Shown piece after piece: positions 14,381 to 28,397 of a stretch of DNA of 64,000 nucleotides; positions within the stretch are counted from its first letter, which is position 1; each line of letters starts with the position of its first letter. The translations under genes and the position numbers were made by a program. Source of the DNA: Eledone cirrhosa (lineage: Eukaryota); contig OZ024744.1 of the NCBI GenBank assembly GCA_964016885.1, positions 83,886,001-83,950,000 on the forward strand. Direction: 5' to 3'. Under the pieces are notes generated by a model, which was not told the DNA's origin, made no database searches, and worked only from the letters and a program-made list of their open reading frames with translations.

Positions 14381-14550
14381 TTCATCATCATCATCATATT
14401 CTCCTTCTTCTTCTGCTTCTCCTGCTTCATCTTCTTTTTCTTCTTCTCCTTCTTCTTCTTCTTCTTCTCCTTCTTCTTCTTCTTCTTCTTCTTCTTCTTC
14501 TTCTTCTTCTTCTTCTTCTTCTTCTCCTCCTTCTTCTTCTCCTTCTTCGT
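14321..14550. repeat. (TTA)n-(TAG)n-(TCA)n-(CTT)n trinucleotide repeats
   Basis: Directly visible. Confidence 0.95.
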
Positions 14551-14963
14551 CCACTTATACCTGAGAGTATGGTAGGGACAGAATCCTCACACACACCCTT
14601 TCCTGTGAGCAACTATTTTTGTGACTACCTGTTTTGTTGTATCCCAATATGCACTGCAATGAATAGTATCGACCTTGATGCGCTGATGTAGTGATTTCCA
14701 GATTGATTGAGGAGAAAGGACTCTACGTTACATATGTGAATGTGTGACTGAGTGTATGTGCGTGTATATATATATATAGTATACATATGCTCATTTGTAG
14801 ATACACATATAACGAATATATGAATAGACATGTATGCATGTATGTATGTACTAGGTTTCTATGTATATATATGAATATGTATGATCTATGCATGTATATT
14901 TGCATGCATGCATGTTTGCATTTATATTTTTATATATATATGTATATATATATGTATATATAT

Positions 14964-15123
14964 TTATATGAATAAATTTAGTCCTTCATCAGTGATCATC
15001 CAGCCTTCATTGGTATTTCATCGCTTTAAAGACCATATACCTAAGATCAGTGATGAAGGACTAAATGTATTCATATATAACCCATTTGCAACCACGCAGC
15101 ACGCCATATTTTCATATTTTTCA
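14964..15123. mobile_element. Fold-back Penelope-like mini-element in (TA)n, with a partial hammerhead core
   Basis: About 14964-14998 is the reverse complement of about 15045-15078; similar to 46365-46487 (CTGATGA-RGGACTAA...CCATKTGCAACC). Confidence 0.6.
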
Positions 15124-15486
15124 TATATATATATATATAAGTGAAATGATTACAAAGGGGAATAAACCATTAAAACTTGTTTTAAGCACCTACGTATGTA
15201 CGTGCTTTTATATAAACATGTTTTCGCGGTATATATCCTCCTTTGTAATCATTTCACTTTACCCGCTCTGCTTATATTCTCGCCCGCTAGATATTAACGT
15301 TTCTAATATTAAACCCTGTAGGCAGAAGTATTGAGCACATATGCACAAGCTATTGGCAAATAACTATATGTATCGCTTATCCCTTCTTCTCTCTATGGAT
15401 ACTTAAATATTCTATATAAATAATATAAATAATATATATAGCAGTAAATAAAGGATTATGAGTTCATGCAATTGTCTTATGTTTCG

Positions 15487-15537
<51 letters not shown>

Positions 15538-15542
<5 letters not shown>

Positions 15543-15750
15543 GAAGGAAATGTAATAGGGAAACATATGGACCATAGCGCACCAAAGTACTCAATACTTA
15601 GGGTAGTCGAGTGGGTAATAGGAATAAGTAGGATCCCGGCGGCTGAGCTCAAGCCGTTTCGATGGCTAATTCTTTTTTTTTTTTTTCTTTAGGGCAGAAT
15701 AAGCCGTCGATACGGCTTGAGCTCAGCCGCCGGGGTCCTACTTGTTCCTA
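15538..15750. mobile_element. Fold-back element in (TA)n, same family as 58320-58934
   Basis: Arms at about 15620-15668 and 15700-15750 are inverted; one arm carries an extra tail; matches 58320-58516 and 58848-58934. Confidence 0.75.
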
Positions 15751-15754
15751 TATA

Positions 15755-15818
<64 letters not shown>

Positions 15819-15826
15819 AACATATA

Positions 15827-15926
<100 letters not shown>

Positions 15927-15982
15927 AACATATATATATGTATATATATAATTACATAATAAACAACACAATATAATCATAT

Positions 15983-18900
15983 GGCAGGTCACTCTTGAGT
16001 GCTACTGTTAACATGTAAACCAGTACAACCTGCCGCATGGTCGGGTCGTCGGCGACTAAACTGGCAACCCCACCAAGTTTACTTGGTGAGGTGGGTGATT
16101 TTGGACACCCTGCAGGACAAAAAACAAAACCTGATAATGGGCAGAGTAAACGGCCATCCAAAAATGTGTAAATATGTATATACAAATGTACATATGTATG
16201 TATATGTGTATATACGTGTGTATATGCATGGGGTGTCAGAGAGGGGCATGTACCTCTGTAGGGGGGGGGGCTAGCCATGCCCTTTTCAGGACAGCTCGTC
16301 ATGCATTGGGTCCCAACTGACACTCAGCTCTCACCTGTCGCCCCAAGAAGCTGTAGCATGCGACAGCGGCCTCACCCCGGTAAACCGCCTTGGCTGGCGT
16401 GCCGAACTAGCTTGATGGTAGGAAGTCCCTGGTCGTGACGGTCCTCCGTACCACCGGATTCTGGCATCTGCGGCCGAGTGAGTGGGACCGTCACTGTGCA
16501 CTTGCCCTCCCACTATAAACCTTTCCCACACAGGTTTCTTCTTTAGCGTGCACTCCCAAAGGCCTGCGGCGATAGACGAGAGGCGGAGGTAACAGGTGGA
16601 GTTAACCTCTGGGAGTTGCCAGTCTCAAACCCACACGTGGGCGGCCTGGATGCGCAAGTCGTTCTCCTCCTGGCCCTGGGTTGACAGAGGAGATCAGGCG
16701 TTCCACCGGGCGACTGAGCAGCCCTTTTTATGGTAGCACTGCTCACCCTTGCAAGATGGGACGGGCGATAAAATGAGCTCTAACCAAATGCTCGTCCCAC
16801 ACAAAGCCGGCCAGTCTACCGCGGCTGGTGGTTTTACCCTTCCTAGTGATCGAAACCAACATAATAGAGAGACGAACGTGATTCTTGGTGCATGGAATGT
16901 GCGCACCCTCATGGATAGGGAAACCTCCTTCAGGTCAGAGAGAAGAATTGCCCTCATAGCGAGGGAATTAGCTCGCTTCCGGATCGACATAGCCGCCCTC
17001 AGCGAGACTAGACTCGCCGAAGAAGGATCAGCAGCAGAACCGAAAGGAGGCTACACCTTCTTCTGGAAGGGCAATGCAAAGGACGAGGACAGAATCCACG
17101 GGGTAGGCCTGGCCATCAGGACTTCGCTACCAGACTTCCCAACACCTGTGAGTGAGCTGCTGATGAAGCTCCGCTTCCTCCTCGACCATCTCCACATGTC
17201 ACAGTCTTCAGCGCGTAACACTCTCACCTGCAACAATGAAGCAAAGGACGCTTTCTACGTGGAACTCGGCGCACTCGTGATATCCTCGTGATATCCCCTC
17301 AAGCGATAAACTCATCCTACTGGGGGACATCAACGCAAGACTACGGTCTGACAGCAGCAACTGGAGAGGCACGCTGGGACCTCACGGCACAGGGAAGCTG
17401 AACTCTAACGCCCTCATACTGTTGAGTTTCTGCGCCGAGAACGACCTCACCATCACCAGCATACTGTTCCGCAAGACGACATGGATGCAACCCAGATCCA
17501 AAAAGTGGCATCTGATTGACTTTGCCATATGCGGCAGGAGGGACACCCAGGGCCATGCGTGGTATCAAGTGTTGAACCGACCATCGTCTTGTCAGGACCA
17601 TCCTGTCACAGCACATCACCCCGAGGCATCACAAGACATCGAAAGTCTGTAGGCCAGCTTTCGACGTCGCACGACTCAAGCAGCCAGAGCATCGTGATGC
17701 GTTCGAGAAAGACCTGGACGGCCGGCTAACTGCCCATGGACCACTGACTGGAGCCCAACTCAACAGTGGGACCAGTTCAGGTCGCTGGTGACAGAGTCAA
17801 CCAAGGCAACCATCGGGTCAAAGACGAGAGTACACCAGGACTGGTTTGATGAAAACGTTGAGTGCATCAGACAACTCCTGGACGAGAAGAGGAGGGCTTT
17901 CATTGAGTGGCAGGATAACAGCTCCTCCACCTCGAAGCGCGACCGCTTCAAGCACCTCCAGAGGCAGACCAAGGCAGCGCTACACATAATGCAGGACGAG
18001 TGGTGGGAGAAGAAGGTCGAAGAAGTCGAGAGATACGCTGACACAAAGAACTCCAAGAAGTTCTTCAGCACCATCGGGGACGTCTATGTACCCCCCCCCC
18101 CCCCCACATGCCTGTCACCACACCGCTGCTGTCTGCTGGCGACTCGATCCTGCTGAAGGAGAAGAGCAGCTTCAACTCGAGGTAGAGAGAGCACTTCAAC
18201 AACCTGCTCAACAGACCCTCCACTGTCTACTCTGCCGCCCTCGACCAGGTCCCACAGGAGTCCGTAGTCGGCAACCTCGACCCCCCCCCCCCCCCGTTGG
18301 ATGAAGTCACCAAGGCAATTACCTGACCAGCTCAGGAAAGGCCCCTGGGAAGGACGGGATTGCTGCCGAGATCTTCAAGTCGGCCGGTCGAGCTGCCCTG
18401 GGGGCCTCCCATACCCTCCTCGTCAGCATATGGGAGGAAGTAGATGTGCCCAAAGACTTCAGGGATGCCACAGTTGTCTCGCTTTTTAAGAACAAATGTA
18501 GCAAATCTGACTGTGGCAACTATCGGGGCATTTCTCTCCTGTCCATCGCTGGGAAGGTCCTGGCTCGGGTCATGCTCAACCGCCTCATCGCCAACATCCG
18601 GGAGGACAACCTGCCTGGGGCCCAGTGTGGGTTCCGCCCAAACCACAGCACGATCGACATGATCTTCTCTGTACGCCAGGTGCAGGAGAAGTGTGTCGAG
18701 CAGAACATAGACCTCTTTGCCGTCTTCTTGGACTTGACGAAGGCCTTCGACACTGTCAACAGGGAGGCCCTCTGGTCGATCCTATCGAAGCTTGGATGCC
18801 GACCAAGTTCGTGAATCTGATACGGCAATTCCATGACGAAATGTCCGGGCAGGTGCGCTCGGGCGGAGAGGCGTCGGATTCGTTCGGAATCACCAATGGG

Positions 18901-20060
18901 ATCAAGCAAGGATGCGTGCTGGCTCCCGTCTTCAATCTGTTCTTCAGCTGCAAGCTCAATCATGCCGTCAGGGACTTCGAGCACGGAGCGTCCCTGCGAT
19001 ACAGACTGGACGGCTCCCTGTTTGACGGCGCCTGACGGTCAAGACAAGGACCGTGCAGAGAGTCGGCCTGGAGGCACTTCTTGCTGACGACTGTGCCCTC
19101 GTGGCTCACAGGGTGTCTGACCGCCAAGTGATCGTTAACAAGTTCGCGGAGGCTTCCTGCCTCTTCGGTCTCACAATTAGCCTTGGCAGGACTGAGGTCC
19201 TGTTCCATCCTGCACCTGCCTCCGTCACCCACCCTCCTTCCATCTCCATCGGAGGCACCCAGCTAAAGACGGTGGACGACTTCAAGTACCTCGGCACTGT
19301 CATCAGCAGCGACGGAGCCTCAACAAGGAGATAAATGCCAGGATCTGCAAGGCCGGTCAACCCCTTGGCCGCCTTAGGACAAGTGTCCTGAACCAGCACA
19401 ACATCAAGCAGTCCACCAAGCTCAAGGTTTTCACCAGCCTCCTCTACGGATGTGAGCCATGGACCCTGTACAGAAGGCTCCTGAAGCAGCTGGAATGGTT
19501 CCACATGTGCAGTCTGCGGTTAATCATGAACATCAAATGGCAGGACAAGGTCTCCAACCTCGAAGTTCTTGACATGGCTGAGGCAACCAGTGTCGAAGCT
19601 ATGATACTGAAAAACCAACTTCGATGGGTGGGACATGTCATCCGGATTGACGATCACAGGCTTCCGAAGCAACTGATGTATGGGGAACTCTGTTCGGGGA
19701 AACGAAAGCGGGACAGGCCTCTCAAGAGGTTCAAAGACTGCGTGAAGTCCAGTATCAGCGACACTGGAATCGCCCCAAAACAACTCGAGTCAAATGCTCA
19801 GGACAGGACTGAGTGGCGAGCCTTTACCAGACGCGCCAAGGACTCTTTTGAAGAGAAGAGACGGGCAGAGTTCACTGAGGCCCGTGAAAGGAGGAGAAAG
19901 GCATCAACAGCTGCCCCAAGCGACTCCGATCTCTTCCCCTGCCCCCACTGTCCCCGGGCCTGCAAGTCAAGGATCAGTCTCCACAGCCACCTTCGTGCAC
20001 ACGGCAGACGGGAACTAAAATAAAGAAGATGTCATCATCGTTCTCAATGGACAACCAAGA
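15983..20060 (+). mobile_element. Full-length degenerate RTE-clade LINE (APE-RT with C-terminal C2H2-like finger)
   Basis: ILGAWNVRTL, IAALSETR, CGNYRGISLLS, DLTKAFD, QGCVLAP, LLADD, FKYLG and CPHCPRACKSRISLHSHLRAH across frameshifted ORFs 16749-20023; 5' UTR shared with the copy at 35658-39629. Confidence 0.94.
16230..16417 (+). ncRNA. Candidate HDV-like ribozyme in the RTE 5' UTR (degenerate copy)
   Basis: P1 GGGGTG/CACCCC, P2 5' strand CTCACCTG, GG after P1', P4 CGCC/GGCG; P2' and P3 are decayed in this copy. Confidence 0.35.
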
Positions 20061-21004
20061 CTATAATTATTCCATTACCAAGCTTTCAAGAAACTATACG
20101 GTTCTTACAGAAACGTCCAGCCTGTTCTTCAAAGATATAAATTTCGAAATCAATATCTGTGAACAATGAAAGTGAGGCTGAGGTAAAATAACATCTTATA
20201 ACGGAAAAAAAATATATACATACACACACATAAAATTATATTATGTAATTAAAAATAGCTCTGTACTCTACATAGAACACACTTCGCTCCTTTACCTTTT
20301 CTATGGAAATACTTAAAACATAACTGTTTCATTCGATGATTTCCTGATTATTTCCTTCGAATGAAACAGTTCTAGTCCTGTAGAAGCCATTTATATATTA
20401 AATATTTATACTCTGTTATGTATTGAGTACCTTACTTACTGTGGTTACCCCCTATATATATATAGAATACACACATATCTAACACACAAACAAACGTATA
20501 CTCCTTAAACTATATACGTTTCATATTTATTGTCGATTTTCATTTCATTCATAACAAAACAAAGGATCAATGCGAATATAAGATTTATCAATTATTTTCA
20601 TTCGTTGGAGATAACAGTAATATCTACCAAAATTAATCTAAAGCAACGTGGTTACGAATAGTTCTTCATAATTACACATACCTCTATACACCTGTATTAA
20701 CCAATATATATTTGATACGGTATTTCTGGAGTTTAACGTAGATAGGGTTTTAGACAAAATAAATTTGCGAACAATTTTTTTTCCTTAAAGACCCCGAGTT
20801 AATCATCTGTGAAACATATGTAACGTTCGACATGCAATAAAAACATTTTATAGTGAAAGTTCGTTATCTCAAACATTATGTATATATGTGTGTGTCTGTG
20901 TGTATTTATATATATGTGTATATGTATATATTCATATGTATATACGCATACATATGTAACTATATATATATATGTAACTATATATATATAACTATATATA
21001 TATG

Positions 21005-21077
<73 letters not shown>

Positions 21078-21212
21078 CTAACACAGTCAATATACAATTT
21101 TGTCAGCGTTTTTTCCCTTTCTTTTAATTTTCTATTCGTCTCTGCCTGTATTTGTTGATTTTATTGACATTGTTGTTGATGTTGTTTTGCTGTTATTGCT
21201 TCTTTCTTTCTC

Positions 21213-21284
<72 letters not shown>

Positions 21285-22017
21285 TCTCTGCCTCTCTCTT
21301 TCTCTCCTTCTCTATTCTCTCTCTCTCTCCCTCTCTCACTCTACCCCTCTCTCTTCTCTCTCTCTTCTCTCTTTTATCGGATAGTCATTATATTTATTCG
21401 TGAAGACCTTAAATCCGTAGGATTTCTAGTTCTTTGCAACTTCCATGTCGACATTACACAGGTTGTTACACTGTAAAAACCCTGCAGCCAACATCAACAC
21501 TGAAACTATAACAGAATTAATTAAAGACACACGGAGTCTTTTCTTGTGTTGTGTTTTTAATGTTCATGTTGTTGTTCGTTTTTGTTTGTTTGTTTGTTTG
21601 TTTTTTTTTGTTGTTTTTTTTTTCTCCTGCCATTGTTATTGTTATTATTAATTATCATTATTATTATTATTATTATTATGATTATTATTATTATTATTAT
21701 TTTAGCCTTCGTTTGTTTATTTTATCTTTTCCCTAGATTTTTTTTTATATCAGCTATTATTATGTTTTTATTTCCTTTTTACGAAAAGAAACGGTCGCTA
21801 ACTTAAAAGGGATTAGGATGCCAACGTTTTCCTTTGTTAGTTTTCTACAATGAAACACTCTTGCAACTCCCCCATTCCGTTTCATTGTACGCTGCAGTGT
21901 GTTGTGGTGTGGTGTGGTGCGGTGCGGTGTTATGTAGTGTGATGTGGTGTGGTGTTATGTAGTGTAGGGCGGTGTAGTGTAGTGTGGTGTTATATGGTAT
22001 GTTAGTGTATTGGTATA

Positions 22018-22116
<99 letters not shown>

Positions 22117-22167
22117 TTCTATCTATCTATATACTATATATATATATATATAGATAGATAGATAGAA

Positions 22168-22269
<102 letters not shown>

Positions 22270-22647
22270 TAACGAGCTTGTCTTCGTTAGACGGTATGTT
22301 TAACTTCTTGAGCCTGTGTGTGTGTGTATGCCTATGTGAAAATCTGTGTGCGTATATTTGCATTTTGGAGAATACATGTGTGTATGGGAGTGTGAATATG
22401 TGCACGTGTATGTAAATGTGTGTGTGTATGTCTGTGGAAGTTGTATGTGTTTTTACAGCATGTGTTTGTTTCAACATTGTGTATGTCAATAGTATGTATA
22501 TGCATATTTCTAAGTGTTTTGTTTTAGAATTGTTTTGTAAAACAAAAGCAATGAGTATTTAGGAAGGAGAGGCGTTATTTGTTGACTTTTTCAATGTGGC
22601 GGCTAAACATAGACTCATTGACTAAAATTATTATTATTTTTATATAT

Positions 22648-22962
22648 GGTGTTAGATTGGCAGTATCGGTAAATCGTCAGACACCATGCTTCGTGGCATA
22701 GAGTTACGACCCTCTACGTTCGGAGTTCAAATCACGCCGAGGTTAGCTTTGCCGTTCATCCCTACGAGGTCGATAAATAAAGTACCAGTAATGCATTAGG
22801 AGTCGATTTAATCGACTTTCCCCTCCCATTCAAATTGCTGGCCTTGTGCCTAAAGTAGAAATAATTATTATTATTTATTCCGTAGTTTAAGGTGGTAGAT
22901 TGGCAGTATCGGTAGAGGGATGTCAAAAATGCTTTTCAGCGTAGAGTTATGGCCCTTTACGT
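22648..22962 (+). mobile_element. tRNA-derived SINE plus adjacent partial copy
   Basis: TTGGCAGTATCGG, GAGTTCAAATC and family body. Confidence 0.88.
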
Positions 22963-23339
22963 TATTATTATTTACGTTATTATTATTTATTCTGTAGTTT
23001 CATGCTAGTTTCTTCTACATCATTTAGTGTACTTCCGTGTTCCTGTGGTGTGTGTAACGTTACGTTCTCCTTTTTTTGTGAAGATTAGGAGAGTATAGCC
23101 TCCTCCTGTGCATGTATTCCGTCAATATTGATTGTTATGGAGTTTTTGTTTGGGTTTTTCTTGTGTTATTTTAATGTTTGTTCCGTTATGTATTGTGTGT
23201 GTAAAATCCGGTGTGTTATTTTATTGGGTATTCATCTTAGAAAGTATATATTGTCGGAGTTGTGTTGTTTTATTGTATTATATGCTTATTGTATAGGATG
23301 TGTTTTATGTTTGAAGATTATTCTATTTTAACTACGCTA

Positions 23340-23480
23340 TTGAATCGATAATGTATTGTGCAAGATGTTGGCTGTTCCTAGTAGAGTTATATTTTGGTTT
23401 CTATGTTTTTCATTTTTTTGTTATCATACGCAGTGCTCCGATTATAATTCGCACTGTTTTTACCTTCATGCCCCACTTTT
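23340..23480 (-). mobile_element. Old R4/Dong-like 3' fragment
   Basis: Minus strand reads QNITLLGTANILH, like the C-terminal QK..LLGTA.ILR of the intact copies. Confidence 0.55.
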
Positions 23481-23589
23481 TATATACAAGCTGCGGCATA
23501 AATACTGTTACAAAATAAAATGCTTATAAATCCTTAAATATTTATTGTATCTGGCTACAATTGTGGCACAAAGTAATTAATGATTTATA

Positions 23590-23797
23590 CATTTGGCTCA
23601 AGGCCAGCAATTTGAAAGGAAGGGGAAGTCGATTAAATCGACCCGAGTGCGTGATTGGTACTTTAATTTACCGATCCCGTAAGGATGAAAGGTAAAGATA
23701 ACCTCGGCGGGATTTGAACTCAGAACGTAAAGAACCGTGAGTCTATGTCACAAAGCATGTTGTCCGACACTCTACCGATACTGCCAATTCACCGCCC
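23590..23797 (-). mobile_element. tRNA-derived SINE copy
   Basis: Family motifs on the minus strand. Confidence 0.88.
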
Positions 23798-23844
23798 TGC
23801 ACAACGTAATTAATTAAATGCTTATTGACACCATAAAATATTAT

Positions 23845-24330
23845 TTGATATTCTTTCCTTTTGCTCTCACAACACATTGAAGTCTCTTAGGAAAAGCCTG
23901 GATAGCGACATACCCGGTTTCAATTGGAATATTGTTCCATAATTTCACCAATTTCGACTTCAGAGACTCAATATCGCGGTGAGGAGTAGAGCAGGCCATG
24001 TTCTCAAGAATTGACCAGAAAGATCAGTCAAAAGGGTTGATATCTGGTGGTGAGGGTTGCCATTTTGCCTTGGTGATGAAAGCAGGACAGTCATTTCGAC
24101 ACCACTGTTGTGTCATTCGAACAGTGTGACTTGTAGCCCCGTCTTGTTGGAGAATCCATCCTTCGTCACCATAAATGGTACTGCACCATGGCTTCATCGC
24201 ACACTTCAGGATGTCTCTAATGTAAATTTATTTGCTGATTTTTACTCCTTCAGGGACAAAACATTTCGGATTTACTGTATAAGGTTTTCAGCTCAATTAG
24301 CTTTCTGGTTTTCATATTGAAGCTCTAGTT
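23845..24330 (-). pseudogene. Tc1/mariner transposase C-terminal relic (maT/DD37D-like)
   Basis: Manual minus-strand translation: WILQQDGATSHT...KWQPSPPDINPFD*SFWSILENMACSTPHRDIESLKSKLVKLWNNIP...AFPKRLQCVVRAKG. Confidence 0.85.
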
Positions 24331-24410
24331 TAAAACTTGTATGACCATTGTATGTATACCTATTGTCTTAATGTTAGCACTCAGTTCAGTTTTTTATTAT
24401 TAGTCTAATT

Positions 24411-25055
24411 GGCGGTGGATTGGCAGTATTGGTAGAGGGTCGGACGCCATGCTTTGTCGTATAGAGTTACGGCCCTTGCCATTCTGAGTTCAAATCCCGC
24501 CAAGGTTAACTTTGCCTTTCATCCTTACGGGGTCGATAAAATAAAGTACCAGTAATACACTGGTATTTGCTGGCCTTGCGCCAAACGTAGAAACAATTAT
24601 TAGTCTAATTAGGGTCGTGGATTGGCAGTATTGGTAGAGGATCAGACACCCTGCTTTGTGGCATAGAGTTGTGTCCTTTTATGTTCTGAGTGCAAATGCT
24701 GCTGAGGTTAGCTTTACCTTTCATCCTTACGGGGGTCTATAAAATAAAGCACCAGTAATTCACTGGGGTTGATTTAATCGACTTTCCCCTCCCCTTTCAA
24801 ATGTCTGACTTTGTACCTGAAGTAGAAACAGTTATTATTATTATTGGCAGAATCATGTGAGCGTCTGACAACATGCTTTGCTGCATAGTGTTACGGCCCT
24901 TTACATTCTGAATTCAAATCCTGACGAGGTTAGCTTTGCCTTTCATTCTTAAGGGAGTCCATAAACTAAAATACCATTAACATATTGGGGCCGCTTTAAT
25001 CGACTTTCCCTTTTCCAAAAATTGTTGGCCTTGTGCCTAAATCAGAAACCATTAT
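24411..25055 (+). mobile_element. Three head-to-tail SINE copies
   Basis: Heads at about 24411, 24611 and 24845, each with a B-box and family body. Confidence 0.9.
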
Positions 25056-25069
25056 TTGAACAGAGCCCC

Positions 25070-25260
25070 ATGTAGAGACAGAAGTCTTTTCAGTCACCAT
25101 TAGGGCGCTAGGCGCGATCCCTAAACGGCTTACGTCATTCATTAAAAGCCCTGGGATCACTGACTTCATAGGTAGTGCCCTAATCACCACCATCACTAGC
25201 AATGCCAGAATCCTAGGCGATATATTGAGCCTCTGAGACCGGGGACTGATCCGAGGACAA
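25070..25260 (+). mobile_element. Old R4/Dong-like 3' fragment
   Basis: Translates VTIRALGAIPKRL...NARILGDILSL*, matching the IVIGALG...TARILR.VL terminus. Confidence 0.65.
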
Positions 25261-26169
25261 TTAGCTCTTCCTCTAGCAATCGATTTGCAGAGTTTTGGGG
25301 AAAGGAAAAAAAAAAAAGGAAAAAAGAAACTATTATTATTGTTATTGTTGTTGCTATTTCTGGTGTTGTTGTTGTTGTTGTTGTCGTCGTCGTCGTCGTC
25401 GTCGTCAATATTATTATGATCACTTTTACTTTTGTTTTGAATAATATGTTTAGGATGTTTGGTGTTGAGGGGATAACAAGACTTGTTAAGGTGGCAACAG
25501 TGGTAATGATGATGGTAGTGGTAGCGACAGAAATAAAGCTAATATGATTGTGGGGCTTATGTTGATGGTGATGGTAGCATTAATAATAAGTGATGTTGTT
25601 GTTGTTGTTGTTGGCGGTGTTGTAATGGTTGTGTGAATGATGTTTGATGGTGGTGTGACTTAGATGTAATGGTGGCGTGATGGTAATATGATGGTGGTAG
25701 TTATGGAGGTAATGATAGTGGTGGGTGTGGGGGTGGGTGGGGGGAGTGGTCTGAGGAGGATATGAAAGAAATAGTGATGGTAGTGTGCTGCTCGCAGTGA
25801 TAGTGATGAAATAGGTGATGTTATGGTGATGTGATTTTAGTGTGAGGGTGATTGTGAATGTGATGGTGATGGTGTCACTCATGCTGGAAGTGATGCTGGC
25901 AATATTTGCAGTGTGAATATTTGGTGGTGATGTAATAGTGGTGTGATAGCGTTATAATGATGGCGGGATGGTATGATGGTGGTAGTGATGGTGGTTTTGT
26001 TCGTGGTAATAATTGTAGTTGTGTTGATGGTAATGATGGCGGTGCGCGATTAGTATGAAAATGGACGTGATGGTGATGTGTGTATACTGTGAAGATGGTG
26101 GTGATGATGGTGGTTAAGACGGTGGATGGCAGAGGGTTATTTGGTGGTGTAGGTGTTGGTAAAAATAAT

Positions 26170-26500
26170 AATGGTTTCTTATATAATCACATGGCAAACA
26201 ATTAGGAGTGGAGAAAGGAAGTCGATTAAATTGACTCCAGTGCGTTACTGGTACTTTATTTTATGGACCCCGTAAAGATGAAAGGCAGAGCTAACCCCGG
26301 CGGGATTTGAGCTGGGAACATAAAGTCCAGTAAGTCGATTAAATAGACTCTAGTGTGTTACTGGTACATTATTTTAAGGATCCTGTAAGGATGAAAGTCA
26401 AAGTTAACACCGGCGGGATTTGAACTTAGAACGTAAAGCCCCGTAACTCTATGCTGCATAACATGTTGTCTGACGCTCTACCGATACTGCCAATTGACCA
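26170..26500 (-). mobile_element. Two tandem SINE copies
   Basis: Family motifs on the minus strand. Confidence 0.85.
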
Positions 26501-26950
26501 CCATATTAGTAAAAGAAAAAAAAAATAATGCTTTGATAGTTATCATGATTGGATTCTTTCACTATTCTCTATTCTCTACTTCCTCGTCACTTCTATCAAT
26601 GATATTGTCTGCAATGATAAACACACACAATGTTTGTTTGTTTTTGTGTGTGTGTGCTTTAGATATTTTCTCAGTTATCAAAACAACTCTTTACATAATA
26701 AATAATCCCTCCGGTCTGTAGTACTTGCCTTGTATATTCATACTTAAAAATTCTGAAAATATTGTTGAGTACCTTAACATGGCTATTACAAATATATATT
26801 GATCCCTTCTACTTACGATCGCTCGATTCAATTTAGTTTCTTATGATATCTCTCACTCTTTTCAAGTTGTTTCATTTCTCTTTATTTCCGTTCAACGTTT
26901 TTAACGATGTTAGATAATAATATAATTACGTGTTTCAAAGAAAGATTCAG

Positions 26951-27175
26951 TCAGATACCCACAGGTGGGAGCCTCGTGAGCTGGAATAGCTGTTCCAGTG
27001 CGTCCCCCTCAACATACTCCGGGGAAACGCCTTCTCTATTCTGTCCGCTGGGACCGGGGGCGGCTAGCGCGTGAGTTCCCATTCGCTCATAGTAGTGAGA
27101 GATGGGGGCGTGGCAGAGACGGAGGCAGTGACAGTCGGAGTTTGGTTCCTTTGTGTTCGGACCTGGTGTATTTGT
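26951..27175 (+). mobile_element. CRE-like non-LTR retrotransposon 3' end
   Basis: Translates EPRELE*LFQCVPLNILRGNAFSILSAG, like the CRE C-terminal LFQRISVAIQRGNA motif; the 3' end GGAGTTTGGTTCCTTTGTGTTCGGACCTGGTGTAT is shared with 29745-29965. Confidence 0.7.
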
Positions 27176-27864
27176 ATATGATTCACAAACACACACTCAC
27201 ACTGAGGCTCATTACCACTCCAACAGCTTCTACTTCATTGTTGCTTCTACTCTTATATTTTAAGTATTCTTTAAATACTAGGAACCAACAAGGCACCAGC
27301 CCTCTACGCAATCCCTTGCTAGAAATAATAGCCAAATCTCCATCAAATAACAACTTACTCTCTTAAATAAAGAAGAGTAAACTGGGTAACGTAGTCCAAG
27401 ATACATTATGTCTCTAAAATGACTGGATGTTTATAGCTAGAATGTTATTAACCGTGGTACTTGTGGATCAGAACAGATATCATTTTCACCAACAATTAAA
27501 AAGAAGACGGTAGATAGCTAATGTCAATACTAATACAAAACGATGAACATTTTCAGATATTGTTTCAAGAAACGAAGTTTGTTCTCTCTTTTGGTGTATT
27601 TGAACGAAAGGTGGATGAAACCATATGCTAGATGGTATCCTTGTTTACAGCTTGATATGGTATATTGTGAGGGTTAATTAAACCAGTGAAAATGAGCAAT
27701 GATAAATAATGATAAAAATCTATTATTTTCACATATCATTTGGAGACACTTCAACTGCCACCTCGATTTGAAAAGACCGCATGTTTGTTTGAATAAATGC
27801 ATATAATATTAATAGCATAGTGTATGTATGCGTGTGTGTATGCGTGTGTGTGTAAGTGTGTGTG

Positions 27865-27930
<66 letters not shown>

Positions 27931-28355
27931 TGGGTGTGTGTGTGTGTGGGGGTGTGTGTGTGCGCGCGTGTGTGTGTGTAAGTGCCTGTTTGAAGATAGA
28001 GGCGTGTTTTTTACAGTGCTTGCAATTATGTATGTGTGTCAATGGGGACAGTAAGCGTTTGCATGATAGCTGTATAAGTGAGTCCAAAATCTGATCATAA
28101 TTACGGCCAGCATAAACTAGATAACGCCGATGATAACGAAAGATAATCATGGAGTCGAAGGCGATTCTCGGTAGGACTATCTTTAGGACTGTATTCTCCG
28201 ATATTTGACACACTAACGTCGTTGATAAGGCAAATTCTACGGACGAACAGCTGGGAACTATTCTCCGCGTAGTTCATATCTTCATTTTCAATATCTAAGT
28301 TTCCCCTTTTTTTCTGTATTTTTTGTTTGTTTTTGTTTTTGTTTGTTGTTTTTTT

Positions 28356-28397
<42 letters not shown>

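Noticed and set aside
16018-16065. Second HDV-like motif at the RTE 5' end (ACC/GGT, GG, GTCG/CGAC, CTAAA-CTGG)
   Set aside because: No P1' segment between P3' and the GG, so the fold cannot be completed
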